Below are positions 9,976 to 19,585 of a DNA stretch of 64,000 nucleotides, in pieces. Location: the NCBI GenBank assembly GCA_038247415.1, contig JBBRUX010000017.1:8910-72909 (forward strand), written 5' to 3'. A program made the translations under genes and the position numbers. Below the pieces are notes generated by a model. It was not told the DNA's origin, searched no databases, and worked only from the letters and a program-made list of their open reading frames with translations. The stretch comes from Chitinivibrionales bacterium (GTDB lineage Bacteria > Fibrobacterota > Chitinivibrionia > Chitinivibrionales > WJKA01). How positions within the stretch are numbered: the stretch's first letter is position 1; each line of letters starts with the position of its first letter.

Positions 9976-10913
9976 CCTGTACCATAGCCGGACTTTTTCC
10001 AGGACAAGGCGGTATTGCGGTAGGCGATGCTAAAGTCATTCTCGAAGCAAGCGAATATACCAGATTTCTTTTTGAAAAAGCCTCCCAGTATTGCAATACC
10101 GATCTTGTAGAACTTTCTACGCACGGCCCCGAAAAAACACTCCTCCTTTCACGCACTGTTCAACCTGTTATTGTTGCGCTTTCATTAGGGTTGCTCTATG
10201 AATTTAGAGCTCACAAGGGGGAATTGTCGGTTGTTGTTGGTCATTCTTTAGGTGAGATTTCGGCACTTGCAGCAAGTGGCGTAATATCGGACGATAAAGC
10301 TCTTGTGTATGCTATCGAGCGTGGAATTCGCATGGATGAAGCCGCTTCGACCTGTGGAGGAGGCGGGATGAGAGCTGTGGTTTTTACTCCTCTTGAGAAC
10401 GTACGAAATCTTATTGCCGAACTTTTCGAAACCTACCCCATCTATTTAGCTAATGTAAACGCACCAGAACATTGCGTCGTATCAGGAACGCACGAATCCC
10501 TTGCTGTTTTTGCAAAGCTCCTCAAAGAACGAGGCCTTGGTAAATGTCAACCTGTTAGGGTGCGTGGGCCGTGGCATACCCCCTTAATGATACAGGCACG
10601 GCAATCCTATGCCCGTTGGGTAGAACATGAAACATTTGCTGCTCCCCGCATTCCCCTTATCCTTAACGAAAACGGGAGCGTCTTGACAGATGCTCATGAG
10701 ATCAAGCAATCACATATTAATCAGTTAGTTAATCCCGTCCAGTGGCAAGCGTGCATGACAACGCTCATCGAATTAAATCCACTGATGCTTGTGGAGTTTG
10801 GTCCTGGGCGGATGCTTACAGGACTTGCTCGTGTCAATGGCTTTAAGCGAGGATCGGTTGTGGTATCGGGTGCAACAGTATCCTCGATTATTGTTGCTTT
10901 AAACAATACGTAG
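9972..10913 (+). CDS. fabD: ACP S-malonyltransferase-like acyltransferase
   Basis: FPGQG, GHSLGE, ERG..M, N.N.P..VVSG, GPWHT, EFGPG motifs. Confidence 0.8.
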   Translation: MTCTIAGLFPGQGGIAVGDAKVILEASEYTRFLFEKASQYCNTDLVELSTHGPEKTLLLSRTVQPVIVALSLGLLYEFRAHKGELSVVVGHSLGEISALAASGVISDDKALVYAIERGIRMDEAASTCGGGGMRAVVFTPLENVRNLIAELFETYPIYLANVNAPEHCVVSGTHESLAVFAKLLKERGLGKCQPVRVRGPWHTPLMIQARQSYARWVEHETFAAPRIPLILNENGSVLTDAHEIKQSHINQLVNPVQWQACMTTLIELNPLMLVEFGPGRMLTGLARVNGFKRGSVVVSGATVSSIIVALNNT

Positions 10914-11085
10914 TGTCAAACGCTTGCATTGCTTTTTTCCTTCAACCAGTTTCTACGTTGCGGTTGCATGGATCATACAAAATCGCTATATTACTTAGAC
11001 GCTTCCCTGCTATAAAATTTTAGAACTGAAATAGCTTGTTACCTTATTTACTAGGTTTCTTTTGAGACCCAAGGGACTATTCTGC

Positions 11086-12819
11086 ATGATTCATCGAAAA
11101 ATAAGAATAATTTCGCAGGTGTTCTTTCTCTTTCTTTTCTTTGGCACTTTCTTTTTATTGACTACCTATAGCAACGCAGTATCGTTTAAGAGTGCATGGT
11201 TTTTGCAATTAAACCCCTTAACGTCCCTCTGCGTTATGATTGCTGCGCGATCGATGGTTTGGCCGCTTCTTATCGGGAGTGCGCTTGTGTTTACGCTTAC
11301 CCTCATTTTTGGTCGTTTTTTTTGTGGTTTCATCTGCCCACTGGGAACACTTATAGATGCAAGTGACAAATATCTTTTCGGGCATACCCCGCCCTTTAAA
11401 GCGCAAGTTCTCCCGAGTAAATTAATCCGAGTAAAATATCTTCTCTTGATTGCACTTGGTGTTCTGGCTCTTTTTTCCTCTCTTGTTCCGCTCTTTTTCG
11501 ATCCGATTTCTTTGTTAACGCGCATTGCTACTATAATTCTTGTTCCCTTATTTTCTATTGTGCGAGCCGACAGCACTGCATTTTTGCAGCAGATTTCTTC
11601 TGGTGCTCTCAGTTTCCCTGCCTTTAAGGTTCCTCTTTATTATGCAATAGGCGAAGCCCTTATTCTTGTTGCCCTTATTTTTTTTGGGGCCTTGTGGGCA
11701 CCTCGTTTTTATTGTCGGGTTCTATGTCCAAGCGGTGCTTTTTTTGGGATCGTTGGTCGCTTTGCACTTTTTCACCGGCGCTCACATGCTGCAACGTGTC
11801 ATTCCTGCGGTTTGTGTGCAAAATTGTGTCCAACCAATGCAATTATTAATAAGAACGGCGATACAACAATTCAGAGCGAATGTATTGTGTGCGGAGTCTG
11901 CACCTCAAAAAAACATGTTGCGTGCAATCGATTTGTTTTTGGGAAGCCTTCACTCGCTTTTGTTAAAGGTCCCGACCTTTCTCGTCGTAGTCTTGTTGCG
12001 GGTGCCGGCATTGGTGCGCTTTTGGTGCCACTCGTTCGAGCAGATGCACTTGTCAAGCAAGATGGGCAGGGGAGGCTTATACGGCCGCCTGGTGCAATCG
12101 AAGAAATTGATTTTGTCAAGAAGTGTATTGGGTGCGGTGCGTGCTATAAAGTATGTCCCACAAATGCCATTCAACCATGCACTTTTTTGGATGGCGCACT
12201 ACGGCAGTTTTCCCCAAAAATTGTTCCGCGTATCGGCGGATGCGAAGAAAAATGTTTTGCATGCGGACATGTGTGTCCAACAGGTGCTTTACGGCCGCTT
12301 GTGTACGAGAGTAAAAAGTATGCGAAAATAGGAACTGCTGTTATTCATCGGCAAAAGTGTCTTGCATGGTCTCAAAAACGCGAATGCCTTGTGTGTGATG
12401 AAACGTGTCCGTATAATGCCATTGAGGCGAGTGTACAGGAAACTACCAAAGGTCCTTTTAAAGTACCAATTGTCTACGAAAGTCTTTGCACTGGTTGCGG
12501 AATGTGCGAAATGCATTGTCCTATCAAAGGGGATGGTGCAATAGTAGTATATAAATTTGGAGAAAATAGGCTATCCAAAGGTGAGTATCTTACGCAGTGG
12601 CAGAAGAAGAGCTTTGATGAGCAACGTCAGAAATCTGACAGCAAAGGGATGATGGGAACTGCATCTTCATCGTCTGCAGATACACCTCTCACGGGTTTCG
12701 AAAATACCGGATTTGTATCACAATCGTCAGGTTCTGAATTAGTTGACACAGCAAAGTTTGCTCCGCAGAATACAAAAAGCACCTCTTCTGGGAGTGCTCT
12801 TCCTGCAGGATTTGAATAG
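11086..12819 (+). CDS. Membrane-bound polyferredoxin (NapH/MauN-like TM region fused to NapF/NapG-like 4Fe-4S domain)
   Basis: GRFFCGFICPLG and RFYCRVLCPSG motifs; SRRSL..G; IRPPGA; multiple CxxCxxCxxxCP. Confidence 0.85.
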   Translation: MIHRKIRIISQVFFLFLFFGTFFLLTTYSNAVSFKSAWFLQLNPLTSLCVMIAARSMVWPLLIGSALVFTLTLIFGRFFCGFICPLGTLIDASDKYLFGHTPPFKAQVLPSKLIRVKYLLLIALGVLALFSSLVPLFFDPISLLTRIATIILVPLFSIVRADSTAFLQQISSGALSFPAFKVPLYYAIGEALILVALIFFGALWAPRFYCRVLCPSGAFFGIVGRFALFHRRSHAATCHSCGLCAKLCPTNAIINKNGDTTIQSECIVCGVCTSKKHVACNRFVFGKPSLAFVKGPDLSRRSLVAGAGIGALLVPLVRADALVKQDGQGRLIRPPGAIEEIDFVKKCIGCGACYKVCPTNAIQPCTFLDGALRQFSPKIVPRIGGCEEKCFACGHVCPTGALRPLVYESKKYAKIGTAVIHRQKCLAWSQKRECLVCDETCPYNAIEASVQETTKGPFKVPIVYESLCTGCGMCEMHCPIKGDGAIVVYKFGENRLSKGEYLTQWQKKSFDEQRQKSDSKGMMGTASSSSADTPLTGFENTGFVSQSSGSELVDTAKFAPQNTKSTSSGSALPAGFE

Positions 12820-12846
12820 TTTTTTACCGATAAAACGGGGGTTGCC

Positions 12847-13755
12847 ATGGATCTATCTCGTCGTGAATTTGTTAAATCTTCTGCAGTTGCATCATTGCTT
12901 GCAGTGCCGGTAGTAGCTCTTGATCAAGCAGCATCTGCAAAAAGTGAAGTTTTTGTGGGAAAAGGAAATGCAGAGATTGTCATTCCAAAGATACTTGCGA
13001 AAATGGGTGGGATAGGGCGTTTTGTAAAGCCTGGAAGTCGCGTTGTTATTAAGCCGAATATGAGTTTTGCTAATCCACCCGAATGGGGAACGACAACCTC
13101 CCCAGAAGTTGTGGCAATACTCGCAAAGCTCTGTTTAGATGCTGGTGCTAAGCGGGTTATTGTATGTGATAATACCTTGCGTGATCCACAAATTTGTAAA
13201 GCGCAAACTGGCATTGGGGCGGCACTCAAAGATCTCAAGGGTGTGGTTATCTTTACGCCACAACAGGTGGATTCTTTTTATGAGGAAAAGAGTCATCCTA
13301 AGGCTTTGGAGCTTACTCGTACCGAAGTGGTTAAAGAAGTACTTGCCGCCGATGCTCTTATTTGTCTTCCTGCTGCTAAATCTCACTCTGCGGGAGGCGT
13401 ATCTTTTGGCATTAAGGGCTTAATGGGTCTGGTTAAAAATCGTGGGCGTTTTCACTCCGAAATGGATTTACACAAAGCAATTGCGGAACAGCTTTACTAT
13501 ATGACTCCCACGCTCACACTTATCGATGCAACACGTGCGCTGCTTGACAATGGCCCTGCTGGTCCTGGCAAGGTTGTTACTCTTAATACCTATGTGGCGG
13601 GAACCGATCCTGTAGCTACCGACAGCTTTGGCGTTTCTCTTGCGCCCTGGTATGGGAGAAGTTTTGATGGCAAACAGGTAACGCATCTTCAGCATGCGAG
13701 CGCACTTGGTTTTGGAAATGTAGATTCGGCAAAAATTTCGGAAATTACTGTGTAA
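12847..13755 (+). CDS. DUF362-family Fe-S protein with Tat signal
   Basis: SRREFVK twin-arginine; VVIKPNM, P.AKSH...GV..GIKGLMG, DPVATD motifs. Confidence 0.85.
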   Translation: MDLSRREFVKSSAVASLLAVPVVALDQAASAKSEVFVGKGNAEIVIPKILAKMGGIGRFVKPGSRVVIKPNMSFANPPEWGTTTSPEVVAILAKLCLDAGAKRVIVCDNTLRDPQICKAQTGIGAALKDLKGVVIFTPQQVDSFYEEKSHPKALELTRTEVVKEVLAADALICLPAAKSHSAGGVSFGIKGLMGLVKNRGRFHSEMDLHKAIAEQLYYMTPTLTLIDATRALLDNGPAGPGKVVTLNTYVAGTDPVATDSFGVSLAPWYGRSFDGKQVTHLQHASALGFGNVDSAKISEITV

Positions 13756-13779
13756 TAGGTGAGCAGACGTAGAGTAGCA

Positions 13780-13824
13780 GCAATCACTGTGGTATAGCTG
13801 TGAAGGCATTTCCAAAGTGATTGC
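13780..13824. terminator. Inverted repeat between convergent genes, possible terminator
   Basis: GCAATCACT...AGTGATTGC; no clear U-tract. Confidence 0.4.
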
Positions 13825-13835
13825 AGTGTAGCGTT

Positions 13836-14504
13836 TTATATGTTGAGAATTCCCCGAATTATTCCCAGGTACTCTTCTCGCCGCGTATCGAAGTCAACAG
13901 GCTTTTGGAAAAATTCAAAGAAACGGTTCTGTCGAAGCGTTCTGTAAAGAAGATTGTTGTCGTTTTCTGGATTGCCTGTAATCAGAATAAAAGCCATAGA
14001 GGGAACGAGTTTTTTTACTTCGGTGCAGAGCTCGTTGCCTCGCATTCCCGGCATTACTTCATCGGTAATAACTAAGCCCACTTCGGGGGTTTCCTTGATA
14101 AATGCAAGCGCTTCAAAGGGATTGGTGAATGTTTGCAGCTTAAAATATTTGCTGAATTTGCGTTTGAAAACAAAGATGTTTTGTTCTTCATCGTCAACGT
14201 ATACAACAATGGGTTGCTTGAGTGAATGTGGCTTTTGAGCCTTGAGCATATGGTCGATAATATCCCCAATGGTTAGGGTATTAAACCGTTCGGGTACCAG
14301 CATGCTCTCCATTTCTAGAGATGGAATTTTAAGTCGAATTTCGAGGTCGCGTATTATTTCTCCAAAAGTAGCGATATCCACTCCATACGCCTGAAGTTGC
14401 TTCGTTGGCTCGGCTATTTCTTCGAAATGTATAATCTCATCGTTTCTATCGATGATACGTTCAGCGGCTGCACGGAGCAGATTGTAAGCAGAGGTCTTAT
14501 CCAT
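13836..14504 (-). CDS. ACP-like domain (Ser-less) fused to response-regulator receiver domain
   Basis: N-term YGVDIATFGEIIRDLEIRL...TIGDIIDHM resembles the ACP fold; C-term YVDDE, ITDEVMP, ITG, QKP receiver motifs; ATG overlaps upstream stop by 8 bp. Confidence 0.8.
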   Translation of the reverse strand: MDKTSAYNLLRAAAERIIDRNDEIIHFEEIAEPTKQLQAYGVDIATFGEIIRDLEIRLKIPSLEMESMLVPERFNTLTIGDIIDHMLKAQKPHSLKQPIVVYVDDEEQNIFVFKRKFSKYFKLQTFTNPFEALAFIKETPEVGLVITDEVMPGMRGNELCTEVKKLVPSMAFILITGNPENDNNLLYRTLRQNRFFEFFQKPVDFDTRREEYLGIIRGILNI

Positions 14505-15705
14505 TGGAACCTTTCTTGCCAGGAAACCGTGATTCGAGGCCAAATTTTTTAAGCGCAGCAATAATTTCTGCACCTATTAAATCAATATCGTTTTCGGAGA
14601 GATCGGAATACAAAGAAAATCTGAGTAAACTTGATCCCGACGGAACTGCAGGCGGGAGAAATACCGCTGTAAGAATATTTTTTTCGAGCAGTTCGCCATA
14701 CATGAGGCATGCGTCATCTGTCCCTTTAAATCGCAGAGAAACAATCTGGCATTCGCTTGGACCAGTATCAATATTTTGTGCTGTCAAAAGCTCTCGTAAA
14801 CGCTTGGCCATTGCATGAACATGAGCTGCACGATGTGGCTCTCGCTCAATAATTGCAAGTGCTGCACTATTTCCAGCAGAATTTGCAGGAGGAGGAGCAG
14901 AACTAAAAATGCTTGGTCGCATCCAGAACGGTAGCGCTTGCCCAGCATACTTGGAAGTTATGATGAGTCCTCCGCTACCACCTAATGCTTTGGCTAAACT
15001 GACGGTTCGGTAATGGATCGCGCTTTCGAGCCCTAATGCTACTGCAAGCCCTCCGCCATGTTCGCCGATCATGCCAAAACTATGAGCTTCGTCAAGAACC
15101 AAAACACAATTATTTTTTTGCGCTATGTCAGCGTACTGCTCAAGGGGAGAAACTGCTCCGCTTGTGCTGTAGTATGAGTCTATAATGACTATCCCCGGCC
15201 CGTAGGATTCAATGAAGCTCTCCAAAGCCTTTGGGCGGTTGTGACGAATAGGGACTATGCGACCTGCAGAAAGGCGGCCGCCATCCCAGAGTGAAGCATG
15301 TGCTGCCATGTCAATGTAAATGGGTGTGTCTTCGGTGGCAAGGGAACTGATCAGGCCGACATTTGCCGACCAGCCGCTGGTTGTGATCTGGATTCCATCG
15401 GGTCCGTCGACTTTTGATACGCGTGCTACACGTTCGCGAAATTCAGAATGGTAATCGTGTGCACCACCATAGGTCATGGATGCCATAGCACCAGAGCCTG
15501 TTTTTTCGGTTGCTGCATTTTTTGCAGCAATAACTTCTGGGTGTGCAGATAAACGCAAATAGTTGTTTTGATGACACGTAAAGTACCCTTTGATGTCTGC
15601 ATCGGGCGGAGGATCAAAAGGAAAAACCACCAGGGCGTTTTTTGATACGTAGAATTCATCGATACGTTTGCTGAGCCAATCGGGCATTGTGGGAACGTTA
15701 TTCAT
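14497..15705 (-). CDS. cqsA: CqsA/LqsA-like PLP-dependent alpha-oxoamine synthase (putative alpha-hydroxyketone autoinducer synthase)
   Basis: MPDWLSKRID N-terminus, QNNYLRLSAHP, SGWSANVGL, YIDMAAHASLWDG, GPGIVIIDSYYST.G, DEAHS, SLAK (PLP Lys), IFSS; matches remembered Vibrio CqsA motifs better than BioF/Kbl. Confidence 0.75.
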   Translation of the reverse strand: MNNVPTMPDWLSKRIDEFYVSKNALVVFPFDPPPDADIKGYFTCHQNNYLRLSAHPEVIAAKNAATEKTGSGAMASMTYGGAHDYHSEFRERVARVSKVDGPDGIQITTSGWSANVGLISSLATEDTPIYIDMAAHASLWDGGRLSAGRIVPIRHNRPKALESFIESYGPGIVIIDSYYSTSGAVSPLEQYADIAQKNNCVLVLDEAHSFGMIGEHGGGLAVALGLESAIHYRTVSLAKALGGSGGLIITSKYAGQALPFWMRPSIFSSAPPPANSAGNSAALAIIEREPHRAAHVHAMAKRLRELLTAQNIDTGPSECQIVSLRFKGTDDACLMYGELLEKNILTAVFLPPAVPSGSSLLRFSLYSDLSENDIDLIGAEIIAALKKFGLESRFPGKKGSNG

Positions 15706-15739
15706 CGAGCTGCCTTTTTGTATACTTAAAGAGTATTGA

Positions 15740-16801
15740 TTAATAGTAATTTTTTAAATCGGTTCGGCGATTCCATTGACCGGTGACCATTAATTTGATA
15801 CGGACCATCCACACGATTGCATCGCGCATGCCTAAACGATGGGCTGCATAGCGCATTGCTTTGAATGCACCATTGAGCCGATAATTTTTAAAGGGGCCTT
15901 TTCTTTTAATGTCTTGTTGAACAAAGAGTGGTGTATCGTATTGTATATCGTTGAGGTTGATATGATAAGTAAACCGCCCCTCTGTACGGGCCGCATCAAC
16001 AGATTTTTTATGGCGCGCCGTACTTGCAGGAGTCACTACCATTGCGAGCGCGTAATCCCCACTAATAGCACCACTTGGGCAATCCATCGAGCATCGAAAG
16101 CAGAAAATGCACGGTGACTGAATGCGTGGTGGGTTAGAAAGCGGATCGATACCGCCAACAGGACAAATTTTAGCGCAGATTCCGCATGTGGTGCATCGAT
16201 TAGCATCGATATGTAAAGGAGGAAGCATTGCGCGTAACGTCTTAGGTTGATACAGATCGAGTTCTTTAAAAACCCATCGTTCCTCTTTTGGCAAAGGAGC
16301 CGGTTGCACCGAGGGAATGTCTTCTCCAGCACGGGCCCGTAGAGTCAAACGAGCGATACTTTTCCCAAACTCAGTGGATTCTTCGAGATCCAAAGTGTCG
16401 GGGTGTCCTGTGGTGAGGGTAGGATACGGATAATACGGGAGTCTTCCGTCGGCATAGCAATGATGACATCCTAACACTGTAGCAGCTTTATTTTTAAGAG
16501 AAAGAGTGATTGACTGAAGAGCAGTTGCCGGAATGGTTCCATGGGAGACAAAGGCAAACCAGAGAGCCCCATTTTGAGCAGGGAGTGCATTGATAAAATC
16601 GGTTACATTAAAAGGAATCTGATAATAAAAAACGGGTGATCCAATACCAATGACATCGTAGGATGCTAGTAACGTTGTGTCGATCGTGTGCATTTCAAAA
16701 AGGTCGACAGGAAGACCCGCGGCTTGAATTCCTGTTGCAATTGCCTGGGCAACTTTTTTAGTTCCGCCAGTTTGCGAAAAGTAAATTATTGCACATTTCA
16801 T
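15740..16801 (-). CDS. Flavodoxin + 2x[4Fe-4S] ferredoxin (EFR1-family)
   Basis: YFSQTGGT flavodoxin loop, GHPD..D, CTTCGICAKICP and CIFCFRCSMDCP; ATGA overlap with upstream gene. Confidence 0.85.
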   Translation of the reverse strand: MKCAIIYFSQTGGTKKVAQAIATGIQAAGLPVDLFEMHTIDTTLLASYDVIGIGSPVFYYQIPFNVTDFINALPAQNGALWFAFVSHGTIPATALQSITLSLKNKAATVLGCHHCYADGRLPYYPYPTLTTGHPDTLDLEESTEFGKSIARLTLRARAGEDIPSVQPAPLPKEERWVFKELDLYQPKTLRAMLPPLHIDANRCTTCGICAKICPVGGIDPLSNPPRIQSPCIFCFRCSMDCPSGAISGDYALAMVVTPASTARHKKSVDAARTEGRFTYHINLNDIQYDTPLFVQQDIKRKGPFKNYRLNGAFKAMRYAAHRLGMRDAIVWMVRIKLMVTGQWNRRTDLKNYY

Positions 16802-18327
16802 GTGGGAGTATCTTTCATCTGACTTTTGATGTTGCACTGTTTGAGAATAGCTTCTGCCGACCAATAGGCAGACATGCCAACACCCGAGATCCCTGCACCT
16901 GGGCTAACCCACGCACTTGTAAAATATAAAGCATGCTTTTTAAGATGAAAGGGAAATCGGTTTAGCCCGCCTTGAGAAATTCGCTGACATGCCCCATATA
17001 CTGCACCTTCGGGATTATTGCTATAGCGTTGCATTGTTTTTGGTGTGCTGATGTCAGCTACATCAATATGGTTTGTAAACCCTGGAAAGTGCTTTTCAAC
17101 CTTGGCAATAAGTATGTCTGCTACCCGTTTCTTTTCGGCATTGTATGCAGCTTTGTCGGTAATTGCATTCCAGTAGGGTATCCGATCCACAGTGCAGATC
17201 GCGAGAACCGATTTGCCCTCTGGTGCAAGCGAATGGTCGAGGTTATACGATATGAGTGCTATACCTCTTTTGTCAAAATCAACGAGTTTTCCATCTGTTT
17301 TTGTCTCACTAATGTCGTCAAGTTCATTCAGAAAATAGCAATATTCATTGATCCCGAGCGATTTTGCATCAACATTCAAACCAATATATACCGAGAACAT
17401 TGAAGTGGAAATATGTGTCCTTGATGCTTTTTTCTGAATGCGAGCAGATACTGCCTTTGTGTTAATCAGTCCAGAAAAGAGCTCTGTTATTGGGCCATTG
17501 TAAACAACGGCATCGGCAGGGATGTGGTTGGTATCGATGCTTACACCGCATGCTTTTTTGCCTTTGAAGTCGATATGGTTAACACGAGAATTTGTATGAA
17601 TTTCGCCATTGTTTTCGGTTATAATAGTTCCAAGTGCTTTTGCAAGTTCGTGCGAAGTTCCAGAAATCCAGTACGCTTCGTTAAGAAATACATGGGTAGG
17701 CGCAGCAAAAAAAGGAACATTGAGATTTCTGACATCATCGGCAAAGTAATAGTAAAGCTGCCCGAGAATAGTACGCACTTTGTTATTGGCGATAGTTCCC
17801 CAAATGAGATCGTGCACAGTTTTATAGGAATACATCATCAGGGTTGGCATTTTAAAAGGTGCCTTGAGTAGTTCAAATCCTTTTGCATCCGAAAACCAGT
17901 CGAGTTCCGAAGATATTTTTTCGAGCACGGTAAAAAAGGTTGTTATCCCTTTTTGTTCTTCGGGAAATTGGTTTACAAGCTGGGCACAAAGTTCTTTTGA
18001 GGAATGGGGCAGGGTGAATTTAAAATCGCCTGTGATGGAGGTATACGGGGATTTGATAGGAAGCAAGGTGATACGTTCTTGCAATTTCAAATAGCGAAAA
18101 TAACGCGCTTTAAGTTTGTCGTTGAGAAAACCGTTAAGCTCGTGCAAAGATCCTTCCATTAAATAGTCTTTTCGTTTCCACGAAGTAGCAAAACCCCCAA
18201 TTTTTGGAAGCGCTTCAAAAATATGAACTTTGACGCCATGCTTCGCGAGCATTGCACCACAAAAGAGACCGCCTAAACCGCCGCCAACAATTGCAACAGT
18301 GGGTGGATTTGATCCTTGGGTTTTCAT
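16798..18327 (-). CDS. Phytoene desaturase/retinol saturase-family FAD oxidoreductase
   Basis: GGGLGGL..A..LAK.G..V..FE...IGG Rossmann motif; TPKT.QRY..N.EGAVYG; PGAGISGV. Confidence 0.85.
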   Translation of the reverse strand: MKTQGSNPPTVAIVGGGLGGLFCGAMLAKHGVKVHIFEALPKIGGFATSWKRKDYLMEGSLHELNGFLNDKLKARYFRYLKLQERITLLPIKSPYTSITGDFKFTLPHSSKELCAQLVNQFPEEQKGITTFFTVLEKISSELDWFSDAKGFELLKAPFKMPTLMMYSYKTVHDLIWGTIANNKVRTILGQLYYYFADDVRNLNVPFFAAPTHVFLNEAYWISGTSHELAKALGTIITENNGEIHTNSRVNHIDFKGKKACGVSIDTNHIPADAVVYNGPITELFSGLINTKAVSARIQKKASRTHISTSMFSVYIGLNVDAKSLGINEYCYFLNELDDISETKTDGKLVDFDKRGIALISYNLDHSLAPEGKSVLAICTVDRIPYWNAITDKAAYNAEKKRVADILIAKVEKHFPGFTNHIDVADISTPKTMQRYSNNPEGAVYGACQRISQGGLNRFPFHLKKHALYFTSAWVSPGAGISGVGMSAYWSAEAILKQCNIKSQMKDTPT

Positions 18328-18609
18328 ATTTCCTTAAATTATGGGTCGAAGAATTTATAAATGGCATTGAAAAGATAATCATTAATTGCCCAATTGGCAA
18401 AAAAAACATTTAACCTCGTATGTTCATAAACTTAGCATAAAGGGAATATACGCTGATACATAATGGTAACTGATTGATTCTTGATTCCTTGCGTTTAAGC
18501 TGGGTGTTCCTATCGCGATTAAACTCTTCAAATCTTGGTATTAGGGACGGTTTTTTGCAGGCAATCACAATTTAGGCAGAGAGGGTGATTATTTATTATT
18601 TTAGAACCC

Positions 18610-19581
18610 ATGTCTACTGTTGCCGAATTTGCAGCGCGCCTTCATCGTGCTCATCCATCTACCTTGCAAAGAACTCATATTCCTGCCATATATCAGGGGC
18701 GCGTTGAGAAGCTCTACGATATCAGGGCAATAATTTTTGATGTATATGGCACGCTTGTCGATTATTGGCAGCCGCATTTTGCCGATCCTACCATTAAAGA
18801 AGCTGCTCTGCTTAAGGCCTGTGATGCTACAATTAATCACTTTGGCTTGGAACCTTTTTTTGAAACCATGAATTCCGATGATACCCCAGCCAAAACACTT
18901 TTTGACTTATATCATGGGCTGATTGCTTTCTCGCACGATAAGGCTCGCGTAAAAGGAATCGAATATCCCGAAGTTATCATCGAAGAAATCTGGATGCTTA
19001 TTATCCTTATGCTTCGCCGGCACGGGTTCGATCCCGCAAGCCTGCACTATGGCACTGAGCGTGATTTAGCGAAATGCCTGGCCTATTACTATAACTCTAA
19101 GGCTTTAGGGAGAGGCTTCTTTCCCTCGGTAGTCCCTGCTCTTGACGCACTCAAGGCTCAAAACTTTCGCCTTGGCATTGTATCGAATGCTCAATTTTAT
19201 ACCCCAATCGATCTGAGTCTGTTTGTTCGCGATCAAGCACCAGAGGCATACGAAGATTATCTGGAACTCATTGAACCGGATCTTGCCATTTTTTCCTATG
19301 TAGAAGGTACTGCAAAACCCGGTCAAAAACTATTTCGTAAATTATACGATGCTCTGTATGAATATGATATTCTACCTGAGCAAACAGTGTTTGTTGGCAA
19401 CGACTTATTGCTTGATATTGCGGCAGCTCGCGAAGCAGGCATGAAAACCGCCCTTTTTTGTGGTGATCAGGAATCCCTCTTTGCCCACGATCTTGCTCAT
19501 GTCGAAATCCCCGATATCGTTTTTTCTGATTTTGCAGACTTGCCATCTAAGATTTCTTTTTATCAACCCGAAAGGAGCTGA
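18610..19581 (+). CDS. HAD-superfamily hydrolase
   Basis: IFDVYGTL, GIVSN, AKP, FVGND..LD motifs. Confidence 0.85.
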   Translation: MSTVAEFAARLHRAHPSTLQRTHIPAIYQGRVEKLYDIRAIIFDVYGTLVDYWQPHFADPTIKEAALLKACDATINHFGLEPFFETMNSDDTPAKTLFDLYHGLIAFSHDKARVKGIEYPEVIIEEIWMLIILMLRRHGFDPASLHYGTERDLAKCLAYYYNSKALGRGFFPSVVPALDALKAQNFRLGIVSNAQFYTPIDLSLFVRDQAPEAYEDYLELIEPDLAIFSYVEGTAKPGQKLFRKLYDALYEYDILPEQTVFVGNDLLLDIAAAREAGMKTALFCGDQESLFAHDLAHVEIPDIVFSDFADLPSKISFYQPERS

Positions 19582-19585
19582 TTTC

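Noticed and set aside
14497..15705. Annotation as BioF, Kbl or serine palmitoyltransferase
   Set aside because: Same fold, but the N-terminus and SGW.AN / AH.SLW.G / GPGI..DS.YST / SLAK motifs fit the CqsA subgroup; no biotin or tdh genes nearby
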